Source: Lama glama
Lineage: Eukaryota
Length of the DNA stretch: 64,000 nucleotides
Direction of reading: 5' to 3'
NCBI GenBank assembly: GCA_028534125.1
Contig: CM052816.1
Coordinates: 78,618,001 to 78,682,000, forward strand
Shown one piece after another: positions 36,521-49,809 of the stretch (positions within the stretch are counted from its first letter, which is position 1; the number at the start of each line of letters is the position of its first letter). The position numbers and the translations under genes were made by a program. Below the pieces are notes generated by a model. It was given only the letters and a program-made list of their open reading frames with translations, had not been told where the DNA came from and did not search any database.

Positions 36521-38255
36521 TGTTTAGTAGGAATTTAAGATTGCTACTCAGCATTTTGAGCACCTCGTGGAAATGAACTAACAGGCAAAAGAGGGGTCAG
36601 TACTGTATCAGCTGAGTGTTTCAGCAGGTTGTCAAGGGGAAACAGGATTGCTGTTTTACTATGGGAGCAGGGAGAAGTATTTGTGGAATTCAGAGGCGCC
36701 TCTGGGCACTTTATAGGAGCGCCATGCACAGTGGTAAAAGTTTTATTACATTATATGTTTAATATGTGTTTTAATCTAATTTGTGTATTTAACAATAACT
36801 TTCAGTGGAAGACTACAGAAATCTAGTATAATCAGGATCCCCGAGGGTTCGGATCCACCAGGAATGGAGATCTGGGTCACCCTTCCAGCTACATAACTTG
36901 GCCCAGCTGTGACGCTGACTGAGGGCAAAAGTAACCTGTAACGGGCTGTGGAGAAAATAACTCTGCAAGTTCCCAACTGTAGACTCGCAGCTGCCACTGG
37001 GACTGTCATGACCAGTGAAAATGATGTCTTCCCTGTTCGGTTATGTATATTTCATATGCATTAACCATTTTCCCGCCACCCTTTCCATTGTCTCAAAACT
37101 TTATAAATGCTCTACTGATGGTGGTTAATTTTATAAGTTAATTCATATATTATGGAATATCATGGTGGAATTGTTACTGAATCAGAGAAGGAATGAATAT
37201 CGCCCAAAGGTAGATGCAGAGATGTGGAAATTTGGGTCTCCCCATTTGAGGGGAGGTGAGTACTTTCGGTTTTTTGGGTTTTTTGTTTTGATTTTGGCAG
37301 AGACAATTATGTTATTGTTTGAGAGTTTAAATATGGAGAGAAGGTAAGTATGGATGTTGAATAGCCAGAGGAGCAGTCTAAATGGCATTTATGGTGGATT
37401 GATGCCCATTATTCTTTCAAGCTTTCTTCTGTGAACTTTCTCAATTTGCAGGTTAGACTCTCTTGCAGCTAAGGTTTTGGATGTTGTTAGGCTGGGCCAG
37501 TCAAATACATATGTGCAAGATTTGGAAGGCAGAAGTGGAGTGGGAGCTGTATTTCTGCTGTGCTTGCTTTTTTTTCTAGAAAGCACAGTCATGGAGTGAC
37601 ATTTTTTCCTCCATGGCAGCATTAACATAGATACAAGTGTCTAGTCACTCAGTCGGTGTGAGTACTAAGAGGCGGAGCCCGAGGCCTCCCTGCTGGTGTG
37701 TATCAGAGCAGAGATGGTGCAACTTCCTGATGAGGCGGCTTCCTCCTTGTGGCAGCTTCCTGATCACAGCTGTGTGGTAGGATTCTGGGGCCAGCTGCTT
37801 CCTGACCACAGAGGAGGCAGAGGCTCCTTGGGGGACCCACTTCTGCACTGCGGCTTTTTGTTCTTGAAAGCTTATCATAGTGGGTATTTCTTCAGCTTTC
37901 CCAGGGATTCAGTAAGCCTTTACAGTAAGCTCATAATACATATTTTTCCTATGTAAACTAGCTACAATGGATTTTGTTCTTTGCAAGTAAATCCTGAACA
38001 ATATAGAGGTTTAGGAGCCCACTGTCCAGCGCCAATGTTTCACACGAGGAGCAAGCAAGGCTTCTCCACTACTGCCTGCGATGCTGTCTGTTCTGGAGAG
38101 AAACCTGTCCAAAATTACCTATCAGTTTATATCTTTTATTGCTCTTTCATCAGCCTTTGACTCTGATGGGAAACAGAGATGGTCCAAAGAGCACGAGACC
38201 AAAAACTATTGAGACACTGAGACGTTAAAGAGGACATGCATCACACCCTCTAGGA

Positions 38256-38430
38256 CAGTGATTCTCAAACTCACCTGCACATCAGATTCATCTGAGGGGT
38301 GTGAAAAATTCCCATCCCTGGGCAGTCCCCAGACTAACTAAATCAGACATCTCTGTGTGTGGCACCCAGCATTCAGTATTTTAAAATCCCCAGGTGATTC
38401 CAATGTGTATGCAAGTTTGGAGAATCACTG
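38256..38430. mobile_element. MER5-like DNA transposon
   Basis: Terminal inverted repeats cagtgattctcaaac ... gtttggagaatcactg. Confidence 0.8.
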
Positions 38431-38504
38431 CAGCCTGGAAGAGAGAGAGAGGTGAATTCTTAGGTTATGTATGATTGCAGTTGAGGAGAAATAAAACAGC
38501 AGTA

Positions 38505-38952
38505 AAGCTGCAAATTTACCATCTCATAGTCACAAAGCCAAAGAAGGTCTCACTGGGCTAAAATCAAGGTGTCTGCAGGGCTGGTTCCTTTCTGAGGACT
38601 CAAGAGGAGAATCTGTTTCCTTGCCTTTTCCAGATTCTGGAATTTGCCTGCATCCCTCGGTTCTTGGTCCCCTCCCACCTTCAAAGCCAGCAAACCCTGG
38701 TTGAGTCTTTCTCATGGTGCTGTCTCCCTGGTTTTGACTTTTCTGCCTCTCTCTTCCACTTTTAAGATCCTTATGATTATATCGGGCCCACTGAGATAAT
38801 CCAGGTTAATCTTCCCATCTCAAGGTTGGTTGATTAAGAACTTAATTCCACCTTCAACCTTAATTCCCTCTTGCTGTGTGATTAACAGTATCTGCAGGTT
38901 CTGGGGGTTAGGATGTGGATATCTTTAAAGGGGCCATTATCTTGCTTATCGT
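38505..38952 (-). mobile_element. MLT1 LTR
   Basis: ctcactgggctaaaatcaaggtgtctgcagggctggttcc...gataatccaggttaatcttcccatctcaagg. Confidence 0.85.
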
Positions 38953-41900
38953 AAGGAAATAAGGGACAAGATCACTGGGGAAGAGACACTGCAGGGATTC
39001 CTTCCCCCCACTTTTTGAATCAGAAAAGGCAATTGGACGGGCAAAGGAACTCCAAGCCATTATGCTATCAACTTAGATGTAAATCGGAGCCTGGTACACT
39101 GTACATCCATACTTCTGTAAGAAGCATGGTTAACCAGAATGGATTGCTAAAAAATTAGATAATAATTTGAGATAGTTTAGTCTTGCTACTTTTCTCCTAT
39201 TTGCAAACTTATGTTTCAATGATGTGAAATTTCTTTGCAATCCTCTGGATACCTGGCTATAAATAATGAAAGAATGCAACAGGCAAGCTTACTGTTTGCT
39301 GACCTCTGGTCAGGAACCAAAGGGCCTGCCTAGGAAACAGGAGGTCCCGCTGGCTAACTGTTTCCCCTCTTTAAGAGCCATCCTATAGTAACCATTCTAT
39401 AATCAAAATTGTTCTTTTGGCAGATGTCCTTCAAAATTCATTCATTCATATCTGGTAACCACTGCTGCAGGTGAATTCCTCTAGTTCCAGGGGCACATTG
39501 TAATTCATCCAGGCAGGTTCACTGGGAAGCTGACGGTATTTCTGAGATTTTTTTTTTTGGCATTCTGAGTAATTGGTTATACCTACTTTAAGCATAGTTC
39601 ACACCAAGAGCATCGGAGTCGTGACTAATATAGAACGCCACAACCTTGGCATTTATTTGTTGCCATGCTAGGGTAGGCCCTGTATCTCGAGGAGATTCCT
39701 GGCTTTGTCCACGGGTACCCTGCAGACACCTCCTTTACCACTTGCTCAGCTGATCTCAAAAGCATCTGGATCCACTTTTAACCAACATCTTGATCTATCT
39801 ATACACTGGGTCCTTGACTGCGAACTAGTCATCTATGTTTCCCTAGGGCCACACCAAACGGGAACGGGTTTGCAAAAACGAAACCAAGTTGGGTCTCTCT
39901 AGCTCACTGGCTGCCCCCAGTCCAGGCTGGCAGGCCGATCAGCCTTGCCCATTTGTGTGCTTTTCCCTACAAGCCTCCTTGTGATTTCAGAGACTCCTAC
40001 CATTCCCTCTTCTCTGGGCCTGAGCTTGGCCTCGTGGGCCCTGGCTCCTAGGCTGCTGCTCTGGCTGCCTGGAATCTTCTCTCTCAAGCTAAATTCGAGG
40101 CATAGGCCTTATATAAGCTGTCATGGGCTTTCCTTAGTCTCAACTTTCTACTTTTATTTTTATTGTCCCTGCTGCTGATTTTATTCTTTAATAGCAAAGA
40201 TAAGCAACTTTATTCTACTTTACATTACATCAAATATTATTGTTGAAATTATATGTTCTTGTTGAAAAGCTCTTCAGATCCTCCACGGACTAATACAGAA
40301 CACAAATAAGTATACAGACTAGCCACACCAATGTCCCTCTTCCCATTGAGATACTGGGGATGGCTGTCAGCTGTGTATTTTATGTTTCTACGTTGAAAAG
40401 GTGGGGGTGGGGGGGAGGTGCAAATGTCGCCTATTCGACAATGTGGATCAGGGGAGGTCTTGGTTGCCTGAGTCAGAAGAGGGGAGATTTACGCAATCAG
40501 GCACTTTTCCCAGATTTTTCCAGGTAGGCAGACGGTCTATGAAACTATAATCCACCAGGATTTAATCTCAGGACTAAGTAGGTGAAAAAAAAATCACCTG
40601 GTTCTTTCATTTTTGTAAAACAAAGACACAAACCAACCCCCCCCAAACAAAAACAAAACCCCCAAAAACAAAACCACCTTAATTTCCAATCTTGGGAAGA
40701 TATTTTTTCATAATTAAAAAGCATACAGTTTAAACTCAATTGGCAGCATCTAATAATCAGATTTTTTAAAAATCAGGTCATTTTGGATGGTATATCTAGA
40801 GTAGAATATATCCTGGGGCAAACTTGGAAAACTTGTCTGTCCAATTCTTGGTCTCTCTTTTTCTTGCCCCTCTCTCTCCTCCTACCGTGCCCTCCTCGCT
40901 TCTCCTCCTCCCTTTGCCTAACACTGGGCGGAGTTTCCATGCAGGCCCCACCGTGGTGCTAATAATAGCAAAAGCTGCTATTTATCACGCCTTTACCACT
41001 TGCCAGGCACTGTGCGAAGCACCCGAGATACATTACCTTCCTCGTTCCTCCCACAGCCCTCCCGGAGGACGGGCATATCCATGTAATGAGCACGGACAGA
41101 CGTGGTGTCTAACAGTGCCATCATGTCCTTTGTCAACACTCCAAATAACGAAGTTATTGGTATTCTTGACTTCTTCATGCTTGGCTTAAATTATATTGGT
41201 AAATACGATGCTGGCTACAGAAAAGAACAAGCAGGCAGGCTATGGGGAATTGAAGTTGTGCTTTGTATATATTTTTTAATCTTTTCCCTGAGCAGTAATT
41301 ACTGCTGGTTAATGAAAGTACTGGGAGCCCTTGTTTCATACTGAAATTTAACTGCTTCCTTCCCTGCAGTAAAAACCAAACTAGCTAAGGATGATTAAGA
41401 GCCTAACAGGTAGGAAAGTACTAAGTTTTGAACTCAGCTTCTCCTGATAGGCTCAATATTAACCATCATTTTCAATGCTTCATCACATGAGAACACAAAA
41501 GTACCAGGTCTCTGTGCTTTATATCCTGCAGATGAAATTTTCCAGGCTGTCCCTGGAGGGTCTGACCTTTTGGGTTAGAGCAAATGAGTCTGGAGAGGAT
41601 GGCAGGTCAGTGGAGGCTGGGGTGTTTGTTTTTGTTTTTTGCTCCTCCCAGACAGTACATCACCTTCCTGCTTTCCTCTCAGTTCTGGTGTTCCCACCTC
41701 AGTACAGAGTTCTCCAGAGCTCCTCTGCTTCAAGGGTAAAGCCCTACTGGTTGCTTTTAAAGGCAGAATCTCAGGGACCCCAGAGACTGGCAAATGTTCC
41801 CCCATCCCACAGCCTGGTTCTCACACGAGGGCACGGAGCCAACTTGTTGGGGCACAAGGGCACCGAGGGAGCACAGTCTTGCATCAGAAGCTGGAAATCT

Positions 41901-42262
41901 TTCATCACGTTGCTCTGACAATGAGGCTAGAACAACCACAGTTGATGCAACAGGGTAGAAGTGGGAGTTAAGTTACCCTTGTGAAAGGGAAGATGGAAAC
42001 GAAGATGAAAAACAGTATCTTGAGGCACTGAATTTAAGTTATCAGCTGCATATTACTTGAGACCATCCCACATCTTTTAAGATGACAGAAGAGAATATAA
42101 TTATGTTGCTTAGAGGGAAAGTGATGAGGGCTGTTAGAGATTTATCAGAAGATTGTCCTTTCTTAGTTTTATTAACACGTATAAGGTGTGGACAGCAGTT
42201 TTGCTCTGGTACTTGTCATTAATTTGTGAATGAAAGCTTCAGTGTTTAAAAAAATTAATTAC

Positions 42263-42727
42263 TATAGTGGGCTGAATAATAGCTTCCCAAAGATATCAGG
42301 TCCTAGTCCCTCGAATCTGTGAATGTTTGTTTATTTTGAAAGTTCTTTCCAGGCGTGATTGAGTTAAGGCTCTTGAAATGGAGGGATTATCCTGAATTAT
42401 CCAGTGGGTCCACTGTAATCACAGTATAATCCTTTAATGAGGGAACTAGAGGGAGACTTGAGGTACACAGAAGAAGAGAAGCCAACATGACCTCAGAGGC
42501 AGATATGGGAGAGACGTGGTCACAAGCAAAGGAATGCTGGCAGCCACCAGAAGCCAGAAGAGGCAAGAAACAGAATCTCCCCTCAAGGCTTTGCTGACCT
42601 CTTGATATTGGCCCAGCGATGCTGATTTCACATACCTCACCTCCACAACTGTGAGAAAATAAATCTTATTGTTTTAAGCCCCCAGATTTGTCATAATTTG
42701 TTATACCTGCCTTAGGAAACCGATATA
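42263..42727 (+). mobile_element. MLT1B/C-like LTR
   Basis: tatagtgggctgaataatagcttcccaaagat...cagccaccagaagccagaagaggcaag...ggaaaccgatata. Confidence 0.85.
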
Positions 42728-42964
42728 CTTACTTAACTTGAACCTAGGGAGTTAGAGTCTTAAGTAATGAACATAGGTCTCTCTACTGAAAAATATGTCA
42801 CTACTTGTATGTGCTTGTAGAGAGGGAGGCACAAGAAACTGGCAGCAATGGTCGCCTCTCAGAAGCGGAACCAAGAGAATAAGAGTATAAAGTAAGAGAT
42901 AGACTTACTGTTCATTTTATATGCTCTGATTCTGCTTGAATTTTTTTTCAAATGCATTTAATTA

Positions 42965-43388
42965 AATTAAAAATAAAATTTTAATTTTAGGGTAGTTTTA
43001 GATTTACAGAAAAACTGCAAAGATAGTAGAGAGTTCCCATATACCTAAACCCAGTTTCCCCTGTAATTAGCATCTTACATTAGTATGTTGCATTTTTGAC
43101 AGTTTGTCACAGTGAACCAACGTTGATACATTATTATTAACCAAAGTCCATACTTTATTCAAATTTGTTTAGTTTTTACCTACTGCCCTTTTTCTGTTCC
43201 GAGATCCCACCCAGAACACCACATTACATTTAATTGTCATGTCTCCTCGGGCTCCTCTTGGCTCCGCCAGTTTCTCAGACTTGTTTTTGATGACCTTTTG
43301 AGGAGTACTGGTCAGTACTGGCTACTAATCAGTAAAAAGTCTCTTAATTGGGATTTTTCTGATGCTTTTGTCATCATTAGACTGGGAC
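42965..43388 (-). mobile_element. Old L1 (L1MC-like) 3' end
   Basis: gttttagatttacagaaaaactgcaaagatagtagagagttcccatatacc...gatacattattattaac. Confidence 0.8.
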
Positions 43389-45849
43389 ATCTATTCCTTT
43401 TTTAATTAAAAACTAGTTAATAGAAAGGAAATATATTATTAGCACACTAATAATACTTATGTAGATTACTGTGAGGATTAAAAGAATATGTGTGTGCCTG
43501 TTAGGTAGGATAATGTGGTAAAGTCAGAAATAATCTAAATTTCAATCTCAGCCCTATCACTTGCTAGTTCTGTGATCTGAGGCAAATAACCTTTCTGAGC
43601 CTCAGTTTTGAAGTCTGTAAAATGGTGATAATAATGTGCTTGATAGAATACTAAAAAAATGTGTAAAACTCAACTACAGCTGCAGTAAATTCTGTATTGT
43701 TCTTAAGCATACTATTGGAAGAGAAGCTATATATAATAGATTGTGACTAATGTGTTTGTAATACGGGTGGTGTATAAATAAAGCAGCAAGTTACTGCTTT
43801 AAGTTAGCTGTATTTATAAACATCTCTGCCTTTCTAATTGTGAGATTTATCCATGAAATACTTATTTAGTGTCTACTAGAGGTGAAATTTTGTGCAACGT
43901 AGAGTTATACAAGACACAGTTCTCGCTTACAATGTAACAAGGCAGGAACAAAATGACCCACGAGTGCAGAAAGGGGAGGGAAATTCCTGGCACCTGGGGT
44001 AGCTTTGTCTTGAAATATAGGTGGCTAGATCTGGCCATTCCCTCCTATGAGAAGAAAAAATGTTCTCCCACTGGTCCGAAATAAATCCTCCTACCTGGTC
44101 ATGTAAGTCACGCACCCCAGCATCTTCCTGAAACTGGCCCCATAAATCGATTCTCACACTAGGCTTGATTTTCCTACATTTTTGCCTCAAACATGACAGT
44201 GGTGCTTGTAAAAGGCCAGTGGTTATTTTGCGCACAGTTGTGCACCTCACAGTGTCCAGCCAAGTGTGAAGGACTCACTGCACGCTTGTTGAATGAACGC
44301 GGGTGACACACACTCCTGTGGAAGACAAGCCCAGGGTCTGGCCATGGTAGGTGTTCCAACATACTTTCTACATGAATTTACAGGTCTTCATAGGTTGAAA
44401 CGAATCTTTCCTCAACCCCACTATTTCCGCAAGCCACGACCTCATCACAAGCCATTCTTTCACAGCCAAATTTCACAAAACCACAGCAGTACAGTACAGC
44501 ACATTCACTCCCCAATTTCCTGCCATCTAGCTTCCATCCCAACGCCCCCTCCCAATGCCCTTTCAAAGGAGAGTTCTTGGAATCCCTATGTCAACGGCAA
44601 GGGAAGACAACACTATATGTTTAATCCATCACTGTATTCCCCCAGCCCAGAGCAGATCCCCAGTAAATACTTACTAGATGAATGAATATATCTAATGGCC
44701 CCTTCTTAATTGTAAAATCATGAAATCTTTAATCCAGGAGGAAGTCAGCAACCCAAAGCATGGTACAGGCATAAAACAGAAATTGCTCCAGAGAAACACA
44801 CAGTTAACAGTGCTTTCAGCGGGGTGGGGAGTGAGAGAAGGAGGTGATGGCAACGTCAGTGGTTTATTCTATAAGATTTCCTGTCATCCAAATCACAAGG
44901 GAATGAATTCATGTTTTTTTTTAAATAAAATGTAAGCAGAAGAATTTAATATACCTCTTTAAAATAATTTAGAACTAGTAATGGCTGCAGAGGCCTGAAG
45001 TTTTTTCTAGGATGCAGTCTTGACTATTTGCGATTGGCATAAAAAAAGACAGGAGTCTCCCACAGCACAGCACTTGATGTCATGATATCATGATTAGACA
45101 GCGGATATTAGGCTGTAATGGACTGTGTGAATCTTACCTGGTATGGCTGTTTTATTGTCAAATGCATGTTTATTGCTAACACAAACACAGGTTCCTCCCT
45201 TTTTTTCCTTCCTCCCTCCCTTCCTTCCTTCTGCAACAAGTGCAGGACTGTGCTACGTACCACGTGAGACATAAAGAACATATACTTGGCTCCAGCTTTC
45301 AAGAACATTATGTATTGGCTTGGAGATAAGATAAATGGAAAGGAAGCAGATGATCTGTTATAGAAGAGATAACACCATAAGCCCAACATGTATGTGATTA
45401 AATTCTAAAAGTGTAAATGCATAGGAATTATTATGAGGTACCACTACGGATGCAGATTAAAACAGAGCTGACCATACAAGTGTAAATAAAACATAACCCT
45501 ACTTAACTCTTTTTACTCCCTGATTGTTCTGAGTGGTCACTTCAGTATCAGTTAGCATCTTTTTCAAATTGTTACTGTGTGATATTAACTGGCAAGCGTT
45601 TATCCTTAACATAAGAAGTGTGAATACAGAATACCAAGTGATTTTGCCAATAGTTCCCTTTTCTGCCAAAAAAGTGGTGGGCTCAAGCTTAAGCTGTGAT
45701 GTATCCACACTCACCTGTCACTTGGGAATGTCTCCTTCAGAATGCAACGTGCTCAATATTACACAGCCAGTAAGAGGCAGAGTCAGGAGTTGAACCAAGC
45801 GGTCTGCCCCTAAAGCCTACAGACTTAGCCATTGTCTTCAGGGAAGGGA

Positions 45850-46100
45850 AAGGAAACCTCACCCCTGTTGAGTATCTATGTGCTAGGTACTCTGTTAAGC
45901 ACTTTCACTTAAACTATTTCATTTAATCCTCATGACAATACTTAGAAATAGATGTTATAATCCACAGTTCTGTAGACGAGGAAGAAGACAGCGGCTCAGA
46001 GAGGTTAGGTAAGTTGCCTAAAGTCACACAGCTGGTAAGTAGTAGAGCTAGGATTCAAGCCAAGTCTTTCTGACTCCAAAGCATATGCATGTTCTATCAT
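45850..46100 (-). mobile_element. MIR SINE
   Basis: ggctcagagaggttaggtaagttgcctaaagtcacacagctggtaagtagtagagctaggattcaa. Confidence 0.85.
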
Positions 46101-46704
46101 TTCAGGTAATAATGATAAACATTTTTCAAAACATAGTGGTGGGAAGCTAATATAAAGAATGTTTGGTGATGCAGGGGATCTAGACCCTCTGCTAGCCTGG
46201 CTCCATACTGGGCTATGTTTGTTAGCAATTCCACTCTGACATTTTTCTCTAATCCTTGTTATCTCCCTCTGGTATCCTCTCCTACCCTGGGGTCTCCTTT
46301 TTCTTCCACCCTTCAGGCACTGAATTATTCTCATCCTTAATTTCCATTAATAACTGCCTGAGTGCCCCCATAACTCTCTTATGATATGTCCCTTTGGCAT
46401 TATAGGTTGCATTAAAGTAGTTTCATAATATCTATTTAGGTTCTTTTTTTTTTTGTTTTGGTCTTACTCTGAACATCCTGAGGATAGGAACCACATCTCA
46501 AGTGTGGTGCTCACAGAGTAGGCAATCAGTGATGATTTTTGACTTGAATTCCCCTCTAGTTGCTCACAGAAGTCTACCGCAACCCCTCTTCTCCAACTAT
46601 ATTCCTTTTGTACCACCTCTCTCAGTTCCCACCCTTCACTCTCAAACTACAGTGTCCTGAGCTTAGGGAGAACTCAGTAAGACCTCCTGCCGTGACGGCC
46701 ACGA

Positions 46705-46900
46705 CCTATGTCTGCACCGCCCAGCATGGCAGCCACTAGTCACGTAGGCTCTCGGGCACCTGGAGTGTGGTTAGTGCAACAGAAGAACTGTATTTTACAT
46801 TTCATTTCATTTTAAATAAAATCGACTAATTAATTTAAATAATTGACTTTAATGTATTCAAATTAATTTAAATAACCACTACCATATTGAATAGCACAGC
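46705..46900. mobile_element. MER3/MER33-like DNA transposon
   Basis: tatgtctgcaccgcccagcatggcagccactagtcacgtaggct...ctaccatattgaatagcacag. Confidence 0.65.
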
Positions 46901-46962
46901 TCTTCAAACATGGCACAAACAAGCCCCTCAATCTGAAGTTCAGACTGGAGAACAGGCTTTTG

Positions 46963-47063
46963 AGATGGTCAACTTCCTTTTCACCGAGGTCCTGGGGATT
47001 GAACCCAGGACCTTGTGTGTGCTGAGCACATGCCCTACCACTGAGCTAAATACCCTCACCCCC
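46963..47063 (-). mobile_element. Short tRNA-Ala-derived SINE with TSD
   Basis: ggggattgaacccaggaccttgtgtgtgctgagcacatgccctaccactgagcta; TSD agaacaggcttttg / agaataggcttttg. Confidence 0.88.
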
Positions 47064-48086
47064 AGAATAGGCTTTTGCAAGAGTTCCATGCAAAAGTATT
47101 CCGGAAATACAGACATGAGGGCTGATGGAAAGCTGTGCAGTTTATTTCCGAGCAGGTAGCTGGCTTACGTTTGTTCTCAACTTGCCTTGAGCAACTCACC
47201 ACGCAGTCAACCTGTGGACTAGACGTGTGGACACCACCTACTGTCTGTAGGGTGGCACTCCATTAAAGTAACATTCATGCCTTTTGGGTAAAATGGGGGA
47301 GACACCTAAGTGGTCTGTTATTGAATGACCTTACAATCCCTTCAAATCGTTGAAATGCTTACTGGTAAAAATTCCTTCTTTTTCTTCCTCTTCATTTCTG
47401 TCAAATTTAATTTTCTTGTTTTCTTTTCCTGGAACTCTAGTAGCTGTCAAGAATGTATTGCTGGGAGCCAAATTTGTCATTTTATCTTTGGCAGTTGCAG
47501 AACCTGGATTTTTTTCTTTCTAGGGGTAATGCGTCTCCACTTAGAGGATCGCGCAAGGAAAATGCACTCCTGAAACAAGATTTGTTCTGCTGGTTTCCTT
47601 CAATTTGTCAAAAAGACGCAAATCTCACCAGCCTCACTTTGTAATAATGCCCTGAAATTACTTGGAATCATCTTCCACCTACTTTTCTTGTTTTTTTCAT
47701 CTAACGTTTGTGGCAGGGAAGCAGAAAATGAACAACTTTACAATTTAATGTTCTGCTTATACGTGTATTGTCAAAGCTAATTGTTTTAAGCAAGGTATCT
47801 TATCATCAATTACAGTGATCAGTGCCTATGAATAAAAAAGTAACAAGTCTTTTCATAAGAGTCCCGTACTTAACTCTTTCATGCCCTGACACCAGTGACG
47901 AGGACAAAAGTCTGGACTTAGGCAATGAAAAGCCTTCAAAATAGATAAGTGGCTCATTTATTAATGAAATTCTTTGAGTTTCCTCTGTGCTCTACCCAGT
48001 TAGAAAGAGAGACAGTTGCGAAAAAAAAATTCTCTCATTTGCAGAAAAGGAAACTGAGACCATCAATCAATTAAAGACTTTTGCTT

Positions 48087-48127
48087 GTAAAATGATTATA
48101 AATCAATAAAAAATGTTAAAAAATAGA
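48087..48127 (+). mobile_element. 41-bp L1 3' tip with a 14-bp TSD
   Basis: Matches the reverse complement of the L1 end at ~30335-30371; exact TSD aaagacttttgctt. Confidence 0.85.
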
Positions 48128-48191
48128 AAAGACTTTTGCTTTCCCGGTTCAACTGGGTATTAGCAATGTTGAATGTTAACATCACCTTCAA

Positions 48192-48346
48192 TTTAATTTT
48201 TTTGGCTTTTTTTTTTTTGGAGGGGGAGGTAATTAGATTTATTTATTTATTTATTTAATTTTTTTTTTAATGGGGTACTGAGGGTTGAACCAGGACCTTG
48301 TGCATGCTAAGCATACACTCTACCACTGAGCTATACCCTCCCCCTC
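48192..48346 (-). mobile_element. tRNA-Ala-derived SINE (Vic-1-like)
   Basis: gtgcatgctaagcatacactctaccactgagctataccctcccc; TSD aacatcaccttcaa / aacatcacatttaa. Confidence 0.9.
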
Positions 48347-49030
48347 AACATCACATTTAAGTCTCCTAAATCTTAGCACCGTCTTCAAAGCACATAAGGC
48401 ATCTCTTCAAGCTGGCCATTAGCTCCCAGCACAGACCTGATGTCTATTGCTTGTATATTTGATGTTGACAGTGGGTAAGGAGAAAGCAGGAGATTTTTAT
48501 TGTCTTCCTAAAGTAGGTCAAGTTAAAAAAAGAAGACTACCACCTCATTCCTGCCCTGGCAATGCGAACAACATTTTCTTCTTTCCTGATTCCTCCTCTC
48601 TCCTCACCCTTCGTCTCTATCAAGGGCAGACTCATCATTGACAATATTATTGCTGGGCATCTCAAGTTCACTGTCACCCAAGAGAGTCGCATGGAGAGTC
48701 TACTATGTTCAGAATTCATCTTCAATCTTCATGTCAAGCCTGAGAGCAGGTGGCATTTCCATCTCACAGACAAGGAAACCCAAGCTTAGCCAAGTGCTGT
48801 GAGTTGTCTGTGATCTACCTGATAAAAGGGGGTCAGAGCTGAGCTCAGAAGCCCTCCTAGCTTTTGATTCTAAAGCACCACCACACGCTGCTTGACTGTA
48901 GAGAATGAAGGTTCACTTCTTGCATGTGAAGCCCAGGTTTCATAGAGCTACCAAGCACCACCCTGCGAGAGAAGCAGGGCCCTGAACTGCAAGCCCGCTG
49001 GTAGGATTCCAGAATCCCAGCCTGGACTTG

Positions 49031-49498
49031 TGTGGTAGGCTGAGTCATGGTCACCCAACAAGGTCCATATCCAACCCCTGGAACCTGGGAAGATGTTACC
49101 TGACATAGTAAAAGGGACTGTGCCCACAATCTTGAGATGGGGAAATTGTGTTGCATTATCTGGTAGACCCAACGTAATCCCAAGGGTCCTTATGAGAAGG
49201 AGGCAGGAGGATTAAAATTAGTAGTAGGAAATATGACATTGGAAGCCAGGTGTTGGAATGAGGCAAGGAAAAGGCCATTGGCCAAGGAATATGGACAGCA
49301 TCTAGAAACTGAAAGAAAGAGGTAAGGAAATAGATTCTCTTCGGAAACTCCCAGAAGGAATGCAATCTTGCCAAACCTTGATCTGAGATTTCTGACCTCC
49401 AGAACTAAGAGAATAAAAACTGTAAGAGAGTCCATTTGTGTGGTTTTAAGCTACTAAGTTTGTAGTAATTTGTTGCAGCAGCAATAGGAAACTCATAC
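49031..49498 (+). mobile_element. MLT1D-like LTR
   Basis: tgtggtaggctgag...ttctgacctccagaact...gcagcaataggaaactcataca. Confidence 0.88.
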
Positions 49499-49809
49499 AG
49501 CTTATTAACAAAAAGGAAACAGTCAACAAAGGATTGGGTTGGCTGATTGCAGTCCCCACGTATCGGCGCCAATGATTCCTGTCTTGGTTTTTTGTTTTGT
49601 TTTCCTTTCTTTTCTTTTTTTGCAAAACACTGCAAGAGGGCCTCTTATATCAAGTGCCACGAAGTCCTCAATTTTAAAGATGTTGCTAAATTGTTCTTGT
49701 GTTAAATACACCACCTGGTGAGGGAGTGCCTTCTGTGGGCAGATTGCTCTGCCTTCGAGATCACAGGCTGGTTTCAGAGGCTGGAAATGCATGAAAGTCT
49801 AAAGGAGAA

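Larger units (their letters stand above)
31215..38005 (+). mobile_element. Ancient ERV-L provirus remnant: LTR33-like 5' LTR (~31215-31855), gag, pol, dUTPase remnant, 3' LTR (~37379-38005)
   Basis: Gag VWKWIMRL (from 32700); [29 protein letters not shown] (ORF 33930-34112); degenerate catalytic motif LVHSVDD (ORF 34156-34383); FWSKA...YSPFEK-like block at ~35645-35700; dUTPase-like tail at ~36550-36740. Both LTRs share agactc(c/t)cttgc and ttggaaggcagaa. Confidence 0.88.

Noticed and set aside
44293..44685. 130-aa ATG-started ORF
   Set aside because: No recognisable domain; its 3' end runs into an L2 tail remnant.
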